36,300 bases of DNA, taken from the IMG/VR virus record IMGVR_UViG_3300002092_000104, positions 1-36,300 of that record; one strand, written 5' to 3'. Below the pieces are notes generated by a model. That model had not been told where the DNA came from. It saw nothing but the letters and a program-made list of their open reading frames with translations, and ran no database searches. A program made the position numbers and the translations under genes. Positions 1 to 7,034 of the stretch are shown piece after piece. Each line of letters begins with the position of its first letter. The stretch's first letter is position 1. Source of the stretch: a virus. Taxonomy: Duplodnaviria; Caudoviricetes.

Positions 1-1
1 T

Positions 2-70
2 TTTGATGGCAAACCTTGGCGAAAATATGAACAATGCCCAAAATGTAATTACAAAACGGAGGCAAAGTAA
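2..70 (+). CDS. 3' end of a truncated ORF (…FDGKPWRKYEQCPKCNYKTEAK*), CxxC zinc-ribbon-like
   Basis: Open frame from the window edge; its TAA (68-70) overlaps the next ATG (TAATG). Confidence 0.55.
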   Translation, partial: FDGKPWRKYEQCPKCNYKTEAK

Positions 71-273
71 TGAGCGGTTTAATTGATTGGGAAAAACTAT
101 TTTTTGTTTGTGATCGGTGCGGGAATACCGCACCCTTCCGGCACGGGATGGAAACTTGGTCGATGAAATATGACGAACCAAATCCAAACGATAAACGATC
201 TTTTTGTTCTGAGATCTGCGCGCACGAAATTTATTTAAAAGAAAAAGGGGGTAAAAATGTTTCTACTGTCTAA
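70..273 (+). CDS. Hypothetical small zinc-binding protein
   Basis: 67 aa with CDRC and CSEIC; GGAGG upstream; start coupled to the upstream stop. Confidence 0.7.
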   Translation: MSGLIDWEKLFFVCDRCGNTAPFRHGMETWSMKYDEPNPNDKRSFCSEICAHEIYLKEKGGKNVSTV

Positions 274-418
274 AGATGAAAAGGCAATTTTTGAAGCGGA
301 AGATATTAACGACCTATATATGAAACTTCATAAAATTCAGGGTCAAAGTTGGAGTTACGCATTAAGTTACGGTGGGTATAAAATCACAAAAAAAGAAACC
401 GTAACTAATAAGAATTAG
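257..418 (+). CDS. Hypothetical protein, 53 aa (MFLLSKDEKAIFEAEDINDLYMKLH…), not in ORF track
   Basis: AAAGGGGG SD before ATG 257; TAG at 416-418; fills the gap up to the hairpin cluster. Confidence 0.65.
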   Translation: MFLLSKDEKAIFEAEDINDLYMKLHKIQGQSWSYALSYGGYKITKKETVTNKN

Positions 419-458
419 CGCACTAGACGATCCTTTCCGTCGGGACAAGTGTGCTAAT
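414..458 (+). terminator. Stem-loop after ORF 257-418 with anti-SD-like loop ATCCTTTC
   Basis: TTAGCGCACT (415-424) pairs with AGTGTGCTAA (448-457, one G-U); inner GACG/CGTC stem. Confidence 0.55.
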
Positions 459-460
459 AT
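452..460 (+). promoter_or_regulatory. Extended -10 promoter (TG-C-TAATAT), predicted +1 near 467
   Basis: Matches TGnTAnnnT; the same TGCTA-type element occurs at 536-544 and 24852-24860. Confidence 0.45.
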
Positions 461-466
461 AAAAGA

Positions 467-535
467 AGCGCGGATTTGAGAGTTGCCCCTTTCCTCTCCG
501 CGCTCGCGAGATCCCTGCCGTAAGGCGGGGATTTC
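467..535 (+). ncRNA. Candidate ~70-nt small RNA: hairpin with anti-SD loop plus GNRA-capped terminator-like hairpin
   Basis: AGCGCGGA (467-474) pairs with TCCGCGCT (497-504), loop AGTTGCCCCTTTC; second 12-bp stem 508-519/524-535 with GTAA loop; promoter-like element upstream. Confidence 0.5.
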
Positions 536-544
536 TGCTATGTT
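536..544 (+). promoter_or_regulatory. Extended -10 (TG-C-TATGTT) for a leaderless transcript
   Basis: The hexamer ends 6 nt before ATG 551 and there is no SD; typical actinobacterial leaderless geometry. Confidence 0.55.
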
Positions 545-550
545 ACGGTA

Positions 551-709
551 ATGGGAAAAGCAAAATCTAAAGGGGGGCGAAACGATGATCGCCCAAATGG
601 TAAGGCGTTTAAAAAAGTTAAAAAGGTTCAGAAAAAGACGGGTAAAACAACCGACGGTTATTCACCTTCTAAGGTTGCGATCCGCGCTAATAAACGATCG
701 GAAAAATAA
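551..709 (+). CDS. Small, very basic protein, 52 aa (MGKAKSKGGRNDDRPNGKAFKKVKKVQKK…), not in ORF track
   Basis: ATG 551 to TAA 707-709, directly abutting ATG 710; 18 K/R versus 4 D/E. Confidence 0.65.
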   Translation: MGKAKSKGGRNDDRPNGKAFKKVKKVQKKTGKTTDGYSPSKVAIRANKRSEK

Positions 710-1249
710 ATGACCACGATCGTTGCGATTCAATATGAAGACAGGGTTATTATGGGCGCGGATAGCCTTACTACGGGCGATCGAAAATATAGCCATCCTA
801 AAATCGCAAAGATAACAAAACGTAATAATTATTTAATTGGCGGAAGCGGGCTTGCTGAGGCTTGCGATATTGCTCAGCATATTTGGAATCCACCCACTCC
901 AACAACGGCTGATCGAAAAGACCTTTATCATTTTATGATCTCTAAGGTAATCCCGTCATTAAAGAAATGTTTTAAAGATAACCAATATGATTGGCAAAAA
1001 GACGAAAGCGAAAAAGATCCTAACTTTGCCTTTTTAATTGCGGTAGGCGGGCAGGTTTTTGATATATCAGACGATTTTTCGGTTATGTTGGACGATTCAG
1101 GGGTTTATGGAGTAGGACACGGATCACCGTTAGCGATTGGCGCAATTCACGCGGGCGCGTCGATGGAAGAAGCGTTAAAAATCGCGGCTAGATTTGATCC
1201 TTATACCGCGGCTCCATTTTTGATATTTGAACAAGGTAAACGTGGATAA
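710..1249 (+). CDS. Ntn-hydrolase, proteasome beta subunit / HslV-like protease
   Basis: M-TTIVA start; after Met removal Thr1, Asp17 (ADS) and Lys33 match proteasome-beta numbering; GxG loop (GHGS) and C-terminal DPYT. Confidence 0.85.
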   Translation: MTTIVAIQYEDRVIMGADSLTTGDRKYSHPKIAKITKRNNYLIGGSGLAEACDIAQHIWNPPTPTTADRKDLYHFMISKVIPSLKKCFKDNQYDWQKDESEKDPNFAFLIAVGGQVFDISDDFSVMLDDSGVYGVGHGSPLAIGAIHAGASMEEALKIAARFDPYTAAPFLIFEQGKRG

Positions 1250-1562
1250 AAAAATAGTTGAAAAGGTTTTAAAGCGCGCTAAAGGGTATTGCGAAAAGTG
1301 CGGTCAGTATGGCGAAGATATGGCGCTACATCACCGCAAACTCAAGTCTAGGGGCGGCGTTGATAGTGTTGCTAATTTAATGGTAGTTCACCATAAATGC
1401 CATAATTTGGGGACAGATAGTATTCACGCAAATCCGGCGGTTGCTACGGTTAATGGGTGGATGGTGCCAAGTTGGGCTGATCCGGCGGATTACCCAATTA
1501 AACTTCCCGATGGACTTATAGTAAGATTTCGGGAAGATGGTTCGACAGAAAAAATAGACTAG
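1242..1562 (+). CDS. HNH endonuclease
   Basis: CEKC…LHHRK.KSRGG….NL..VHHKCHN; GTG 1242 after AAGGT is preferred to the track start at 1227. Confidence 0.85.
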   Translation: MDKKIVEKVLKRAKGYCEKCGQYGEDMALHHRKLKSRGGVDSVANLMVVHHKCHNLGTDSIHANPAVATVNGWMVPSWADPADYPIKLPDGLIVRFREDGSTEKID

Positions 1563-1573
1563 AGGGGGACAAA

Positions 1574-1954
1574 ATGGCAGATATAACAGTTAAAGGGGTA
1601 ATAGGTAAAGATCCCGAAATAAAGTTTTTTAACGATTTTTCGGTAACATCTTTTCCTATTGCGTACACGCCAAGAGAAAAAAGCAAAACTGGTGAATGGT
1701 CGGACGGTGAAACCGTTTGGTTCAGGGTCAGCGTTGCGGGCAAACAAGCCGAAAACGCGGTAGATCAATTTAAAAAAGGTGATCGGGTTTTGGTAATAGG
1801 TAAATTAAAAGTTTCAAATTACACCGACAAAGCGGGAGTTCAAAAACAAGGATTAGAAATTAGATCCGAGACGGTGGGGGTTATTCCTAAAGTCGATAAA
1901 CAACAATTTAAACCAATCACGACTAAACAAACAGGGGATGACTTCGAATGGTAG
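1574..1954 (+). CDS. ssb: Single-stranded DNA-binding protein, actinobacterial type
   Basis: OB-fold motifs DPEIKF, GEWSDGETVWFRVSV, AEN…KGDRVLVIGKL; acidic/aromatic tail DDFEW. Confidence 0.92.
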   Translation: MADITVKGVIGKDPEIKFFNDFSVTSFPIAYTPREKSKTGEWSDGETVWFRVSVAGKQAENAVDQFKKGDRVLVIGKLKVSNYTDKAGVQKQGLEIRSETVGVIPKVDKQQFKPITTKQTGDDFEW

Positions 1955-2142
1955 AAGCGGAACTAATAGCGGCAAAAGACGTAATTGAATTATTGGGAAT
2001 CAATTTCAATAACCTTCACCAAATCCAGCATAGGGGTAACCTTAAATGGGTTAAGAAGGATGGACGAAATGTTTATTACGACAAAGAAGCGGTTTATGCT
2101 TACAAGGCGCGTAGGGACAAGCGTGGCAAAAAAGACAAATGA
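1948..2142 (+). CDS. Small excisionase/MerR-like HTH DNA-binding protein
   Basis: KDVIELLGI….L….HRG.L…K.GR..YY pattern. Confidence 0.65.
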   Translation: MVEAELIAAKDVIELLGINFNNLHQIQHRGNLKWVKKDGRNVYYDKEAVYAYKARRDKRGKKDK

Positions 2143-2756
2143 AATGTTTCGTATGCCTACGGAAATCCAAACAATCAATTTGTGATCGGTGTTGGACGCG
2201 TGGGCTTGCGAATATAGAAGAATTACCCGCTTTATATGAAGCGTTAGCAGAAGAAATGATCCCCGTTAAAGGTTACGGGGAAAGAGTTCAGGGGACAAAA
2301 ACTCCGCCGTTACCAATTCGGTTAGAAGTTTTGTATTTAAGGTCGGGGGATATTGTTAATTTGTTATATACTCACGAATCAAGGTTACGAAAACAACAAG
2401 GACATTCTCGGATCGTATTTCGCGGGGAAGATATAAAAAAGATTACGGAATCGGCTCAGTATTTTTCCAAACATTGGGATTGGGCTAAAAAAAACTATTT
2501 GAGTTCGGAAGATTTACTTACAGAATTATTTAAAATCTATAATCGAATTCAAGGCGTGTTAGGTAATAGGTCGGAAGAAATAACTATCGGCGCTTGTCCG
2601 GCATTGGACGATCAGGGGAAAACTTGCGGATATACCTTACGAATTAGCCCAACAGTTTTAGAATCATTAGGTGGTATTCGGTGCGGATCGTGTAACACGG
2701 TTTGGGAATCGACCAAATGGCGACTTTTGGGACAAATACTTGAATCTGCTAATTGA
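2139..2756 (+). CDS. Conserved phage protein with N- and C-terminal Cys clusters, possible late regulator
   Basis: CFVC…CDRC at the N-terminus; CP…CG…CGSC..W zinc ribbon at the C-terminus; lies just before the packaging genes. Confidence 0.6.
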   Translation: MKCFVCLRKSKQSICDRCWTRGLANIEELPALYEALAEEMIPVKGYGERVQGTKTPPLPIRLEVLYLRSGDIVNLLYTHESRLRKQQGHSRIVFRGEDIKKITESAQYFSKHWDWAKKNYLSSEDLLTELFKIYNRIQGVLGNRSEEITIGACPALDDQGKTCGYTLRISPTVLESLGGIRCGSCNTVWESTKWRLLGQILESAN

Positions 2757-2916
2757 TGTTGAAACGGGATCTAAATTTTTTAAAGTCTCAACCGTAACCA
2801 TTTATAGGTGGGTCAGAGAAGATAAAATTAAAAAACGAAACGGAAAATATTTGTTTTTAGATCTTCAAAAGGCTTACGATAGGCGGCGTAAGGCGAAACC
2901 CCGTTTGCCAATTTGA
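2740..2916 (+). CDS. Small HTH DNA-binding protein
   Basis: VSTVTIYRWVREDKI helix-turn-helix; in-frame TTG 2740 is preferred to the track start at 2671. Confidence 0.7.
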   Translation: MNLLIDVETGSKFFKVSTVTIYRWVREDKIKKRNGKYLFLDLQKAYDRRRKAKPRLPI

Positions 2917-2943
2917 CATAATTGTTACATAATTCTTTATGAT
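2913..2943 (+). promoter_or_regulatory. Candidate late promoter TTGACA-19-TATGAT with ACATAATT direct repeat
   Basis: TTGACA 2913-2918, TATGAT 2938-2943; ACATAATT at 2916-2923 and 2927-2934. Confidence 0.55.
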
Positions 2944-2986
2944 AGGCGACGCATACCCACGAAGGCACTAAGAAAAAAAGGCAATA

Positions 2987-3154
2987 GTGGATGTTACAGA
3001 ATTAGAACCCACAATAAAAGAAATTGATGACGTTCTAACATATTTGCATAAATTATTAATCGATCCTAAATTAAATGAACGAAGGCGCATTTTAATTCTT
3101 AAAGAGGTCGATGACCTTTTAGATGATCGTTTACAAACTTCCCGCCCTAGTTGA
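2987..3154 (+). CDS. Small helical hypothetical protein, 55 aa (MDVTELEPTIKEIDDVL…VDDLLDDRL…), not in ORF track
   Basis: GTG 2987 after AAAGG; TGA 3152-3154; amphipathic sequence. Confidence 0.6.
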   Translation: MDVTELEPTIKEIDDVLTYLHKLLIDPKLNERRRILILKEVDDLLDDRLQTSRPS

Positions 3155-3240
3155 TGAACCTCGGTTAATAGCGTCCCCTAGAAAACCGTTGTAGGCTACC
3201 CATCTGCCATTCTCGCTAGGGCGGGTTCAACATTAGGGGA
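3141..3240 (+). promoter_or_regulatory. Structured leader of the ParB gene with possible loop-SD pseudoknot
   Basis: Perfect 10-bp stem CCCGCCCTAG (3141-3150)/CTAGGGCGGG (3216-3225); apical TCCCCTA (3174-3180) is complementary to the SD TAGGGGA (3234-3240). Confidence 0.5.
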
Positions 3241-3244
3241 TAAT

Positions 3245-3856
3245 ATGGACGCTAAAAAAATGAATGTAGAATCGTTAAAAGAATATCCAAACAATGCGCG
3301 ACGCGGTAACGTTTCGTTGCTTGTTGAATCTTTAAAAGTTAATGGACAATATCGACCAATAGTAGTTCAAAAATCAACTAATTACGTGCTTGCAGGTAAT
3401 CACTTATTGCGAGCGGCTAAACAAATTGGTTGGGAAGAAATTGACACAGTAATTATTGATTGCGACGATCAAGCGGCGTTAAAAATTGTTTTAGTAGATA
3501 ATCGCTCTAATGATTTGGGCGAATATAACGATGATTATTTAACGGGATTATTAAAAGATTTAGAAAACTTTAGTGGTACGGGATATAACCAATCAGATAT
3601 AGAAGAATTAGAAAAACTTAGTGGCGTAGAACAAGAAGAACGTCCGGATATTGAATTTTCGTTAGCGTTACGAGAAGAAAATAATTACGTAATTTTAGTT
3701 TTTGATAACGCGTTAGATTGGCAATCAGCAATAACAACTTTTGATCTTAAAACTGTTAAAGCGTGGGACTCAAGAGCAGGTTTTTCACGTGCCGGAATAG
3801 GGCGCGTAATTGCGGGGACGCCAATTCTTGATCGGTTGAATAATGTTAATAGTTAG
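3245..3856 (+). CDS. ParB/Srx-like N-terminal domain protein
   Basis: YPNNAR…SL…GQYRPIVV…VLAGNH…AA..IGW…LVDNR motifs. Confidence 0.88.
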   Translation: MDAKKMNVESLKEYPNNARRGNVSLLVESLKVNGQYRPIVVQKSTNYVLAGNHLLRAAKQIGWEEIDTVIIDCDDQAALKIVLVDNRSNDLGEYNDDYLTGLLKDLENFSGTGYNQSDIEELEKLSGVEQEERPDIEFSLALREENNYVILVFDNALDWQSAITTFDLKTVKAWDSRAGFSRAGIGRVIAGTPILDRLNNVNS

Positions 3857-4577
3857 TCCCTCATATAAGCGCGCGGATGATGTAAAAATTCGTAACTGGT
3901 TTTTTGATATTACTCTTGCCGTTCACGAATTCGAAGCGGAAGAATATAAAGAAAAACAAGGCGGCAATTTAATGATATTGCCTGACTTTACTCGCGGAAA
4001 TATGGCTAAAGTTCGCCAATACATCTTGGATCAAGCGGGCAAAGATGAATGGGTAGTTATGATGGATGACGATGTGGAAGAATTTGGATATTTTGGTAAG
4101 GCGACAAACGAAGATAATTGGATGCCTTACGATAGGGATCAGTTTGTAGAATTCTTAGATCGTGGCTGCTTTATGGCAGAAGAAATAGGAACAAATTTAT
4201 GGGGCGTGAACGTTTCATTCGATCCGCGCTTTTATCGGGAATACACACCCTTGGCGTTTAGTTCGCCGGTACTTGGGACTTTTTGCGTACAAAAGAAAAC
4301 CGAAGGTATTGATTACGATATGAGATTAGGGCTTAAAGAAGATTACGATATATTTCTTCAACACTTACATAAGTTTCATAAGGTATTGCGTATTAACCGT
4401 AACTATTATAAAGCGGCTCACTTAACTGTAAAAGGTGGGTGCGGCGTATATAGAAATATGGCGGAAGAAAAGAAACAAGCAGAAATCTTTACTAAAAAAT
4501 GGGGATCAAAGGTTATTAAATGGGCGCCGGAGAGATCAACAAATCCAAGACTTTATCCGCCAATACCGGGCGTTTAA
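3843..4577 (+). CDS. GT-A fold glycosyltransferase-like protein (GREB1-like / TET-associated family)
   Basis: SPSYKR N-terminal motif, R..I…VMMDDD (DxD), KEDYD..L, GG near the C-terminus; adjacent to ParB and terminase. Confidence 0.75.
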   Translation: MLIVSPSYKRADDVKIRNWFFDITLAVHEFEAEEYKEKQGGNLMILPDFTRGNMAKVRQYILDQAGKDEWVVMMDDDVEEFGYFGKATNEDNWMPYDRDQFVEFLDRGCFMAEEIGTNLWGVNVSFDPRFYREYTPLAFSSPVLGTFCVQKKTEGIDYDMRLGLKEDYDIFLQHLHKFHKVLRINRNYYKAAHLTVKGGCGVYRNMAEEKKQAEIFTKKWGSKVIKWAPERSTNPRLYPPIPGV

Positions 4578-5245
4578 TGGAAAACGTTGAAAATGCCGCA
4601 GAACCCGTTGAAAAAACGGCGGAACAAGCGGAATGGGAATTATTAGAAAAAGAACGCAAAGTAGTTGAGTTGCGACAAATGGGAATTACTTATGAAGTAA
4701 TTGCTAAACAAGTGGGGTATGCCAGCCCGTCGGGTGCTTTTCACGCATACGAAAGAGCGTTAGCGCGATACCCAAGGGAAACGATAGATCGTAAAAGAGA
4801 TTTAGCGGATGATCGTATAGAGCGATTACTTGCCGGAGTTTGGACAAAAGCGTTACGTGGCGAAATTCCTGCAATTATGGCTACAATTAAGTTATTCGAA
4901 AGACAAGCAAAACTTCTAGGGTTGGACGCACCCGTTAAAACGGAAAGCCGCGTGGAAGTTTTTGAAGGTGGGAGTGAGATCGATGAGCAAGTTAGACGAT
5001 TTGCCTATCTTATCGCCGAAATCGAATCCCAAAATAACGTCGGAACACATAGCGACAGGGAGCAGACTTTATTGGGAATCGAAGGCGCGATCGAATCAGA
5101 TTCCGCCGACGGAGAATTGGCAAACGTGGTTGATCCTGTCGGGTCGCGGGTGGGGGAAGACTCGTTGCGGGGCGGAGTGGATAGCGTGGGAAGCGATAAC
5201 CAAACCGAAGACACGGTGGGCGATAGTAGCGAAGACATTCGCTGA
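4577..5245 (+). CDS. terS: Terminase small subunit with HTH and an acidic extension overlapping terL
   Basis: ELRQMG.TY..IA..VGY HTH; ERQAKLLGLDAP motif; ATG 4577 overlaps the upstream TAA; precedes terL. Confidence 0.8.
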   Translation: MENVENAAEPVEKTAEQAEWELLEKERKVVELRQMGITYEVIAKQVGYASPSGAFHAYERALARYPRETIDRKRDLADDRIERLLAGVWTKALRGEIPAIMATIKLFERQAKLLGLDAPVKTESRVEVFEGGSEIDEQVRRFAYLIAEIESQNNVGTHSDREQTLLGIEGAIESDSADGELANVVDPVGSRVGEDSLRGGVDSVGSDNQTEDTVGDSSEDIR

Positions 5246-6347
5246 CGCGAGAGATACTACGGTCGAAGGCGACTCAGGGGTTTTGGGGATCTTAAATAGA
5301 TACCACGTTTTAGAGACTTGGAACCGATCAATAGGTGAAATCGTTTTAAAAAACGGTTCACGAATAAAATTATTTTCGGCGGAAGAACCTGATCGATTGC
5401 GTGGACCTCAGCATAATGGGGCTTGGTGCGACGAATTAGCGGCGTGGGACAAAGTGGACGCGTGGGATCAGTTACAGTTCGGGTTACGTCTAGGCGATCA
5501 CCCGCAAATAGTGGTTACGACAACGCCAAGACCTATACCAATTTTAAAGAATTTATTAACGCGTGAAACTACCCATATTACGCGTGGATCAACGTTTGAT
5601 AATGAAAAAAATCTTGCGCCATCTGCTTTAGTTGAGTTGCAGTTACGGTATTCAGGAACTCGGTTAGGTCGCCAAGAATTACAAGGCGAATTGCTAGAGG
5701 ATGTTGAAGGCGCGTTATGGTCTAGGGATATGATTGAATCGGCGCGGATCAGAGAAGAAGATCTGCCGCCTTTAATTAGGATCGTAGTAGCGATAGATCC
5801 AGCGGTAACATCAGGGGAAAACTCAGATGATACGGGAATCGTAGTCGCGGGATTAAGTAGTGATAACCAATATTATGTTTTAGATGATAGAACTTGCCAC
5901 GTAAGTCCGGAACAATGGGCGCGTGTGGCTATAAACGCTTACGAAGATTGGAAAGCCGATCGAATAATTGCCGAAACCAATAATGGTGGCGATATGGTCG
6001 AACTTCTCCTAAGAAACGTCAGCCCCAACATACCCGTCACCAAAGTTACTGCTTCGCGGGGTAAAAGAGTTAGGGCTGAACCTATTTCGGCGTTATATGA
6101 ACAGGGTCGGGTTCATCACGTCGGGGGATTTAATAAGTTAGAAGATGAGATGTGCCAATGGGTGCCGGATTCAGGTGATTCACCGGATCGAATGGACGCG
6201 TTAGTTTGGGCTATGAGCGAATTAGCGGAAGCGTCCGGATCAATGATGGGTCTAGCGTCGTTAGCAGTATTTTGTAGTAATTGTAGATTCCCGACAATAA
6301 AAGGCTCTACAATTTGCCCTAAGTGCGGATCAAGTATTAATAACTAA
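4983..6347 (+). CDS. terL: Terminase large subunit
   Basis: GRGWGKT Walker A, LRGPQ, WCDE Walker B, VTTTP, nuclease AIDPA…E.N.GG…DRMDAL; ATG 4983 after GGGAG. Confidence 0.96.
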   Translation: MSKLDDLPILSPKSNPKITSEHIATGSRLYWESKARSNQIPPTENWQTWLILSGRGWGKTRCGAEWIAWEAITKPKTRWAIVAKTFADARDTTVEGDSGVLGILNRYHVLETWNRSIGEIVLKNGSRIKLFSAEEPDRLRGPQHNGAWCDELAAWDKVDAWDQLQFGLRLGDHPQIVVTTTPRPIPILKNLLTRETTHITRGSTFDNEKNLAPSALVELQLRYSGTRLGRQELQGELLEDVEGALWSRDMIESARIREEDLPPLIRIVVAIDPAVTSGENSDDTGIVVAGLSSDNQYYVLDDRTCHVSPEQWARVAINAYEDWKADRIIAETNNGGDMVELLLRNVSPNIPVTKVTASRGKRVRAEPISALYEQGRVHHVGGFNKLEDEMCQWVPDSGDSPDRMDALVWAMSELAEASGSMMGLASLAVFCSNCRFPTIKGSTICPKCGSSINN

Positions 6348-6365
6348 ATAGATAACGGAGTTAAT

Positions 6366-6713
6366 ATGCCAGCGGTAACCTATAACACCGTAATCGAACA
6401 GGGTGCGGATTGGTATGTAAATTTCCAATGGACAGACCCAAGCGGAACACCTATTGATTTAACGGGATATACCGCGGCGTTACAGATAAGAACTTCACCT
6501 TTAGCAAAGACATCGGTGTTAAGTTTAACTAATACGTCAGGTATAGCGATTACTGCTTCAACGGGGACGCTAGCGGTTCACGCAACGGCGGCGCAAACGG
6601 GAGCGATTACAAACGGACTTTATTCTTATGATATGGAAATTACTAGCGGCGGTGGAATTGTAACTAGATTAGTTCAGGGATCAATTAACGTAACACCACA
6701 GGTAACGCGATGA
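6366..6713 (+). CDS. Ig-like virion protein (fibre attachment / BppU N-terminal-like)
   Basis: IEQGA.W…PIDLTGYTA.LQIR…YSYDMEI…RLVQG pattern; all-beta composition. Confidence 0.65.
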   Translation: MPAVTYNTVIEQGADWYVNFQWTDPSGTPIDLTGYTAALQIRTSPLAKTSVLSLTNTSGIAITASTGTLAVHATAAQTGAITNGLYSYDMEITSGGGIVTRLVQGSINVTPQVTR

Positions 6714-7024
6714 CCGATAGCATTTTAGTAGTAGATCAGCCAATAACGAATGTAGTTATAACAAGCGTACCTGTGCCAAATATAGTTATTACTGCGCCGG
6801 GACCTCAAGGACCGGCAGGAAATGTTACGGGTGTTTTTTATACTCATTATCAGGGGACGCCATCTTCAACGTGGACGGTAAATCATAACCTTAATAATTA
6901 TCCGGTAGCGGTAGTTATAGATTCAGGTGGAACAAACGTTGAAGGTAACGTGTCTTATCCAAATTCAAATCAAATCATATTAACCTTTAGTGCTTCTTTC
7001 GGTGGCACTGCTTACATAATCTAG
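6710..7024 (+). CDS. Short fibre/decoration protein with a mini collagen segment
   Basis: GPQGPAG, then a WTVNHNL..YP…G.V.Y…N…LTFS beta domain also present at the C-terminus of the next gene. Confidence 0.6.
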   Translation: MTDSILVVDQPITNVVITSVPVPNIVITAPGPQGPAGNVTGVFYTHYQGTPSSTWTVNHNLNNYPVAVVIDSGGTNVEGNVSYPNSNQIILTFSASFGGTAYII

Positions 7025-7034
7025 GAGAAAATAA

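Noticed and set aside
414-535. tRNA or CRISPR mini-array in the hairpin cluster
   Set aside because: No cloverleaf or T-loop motif, and the stems are not repeats of each other.
1227-1562. HNH as an intron-encoded homing endonuclease
   Set aside because: Free-standing ORF between intact genes; no interrupted gene or intron structure seen.
4520-4982. ORF-track starts at 4520 (terS) and 4962 (terL)
   Set aside because: ATG 4577 (stop-start overlap) and ATG 4983 (with SD) are better supported.
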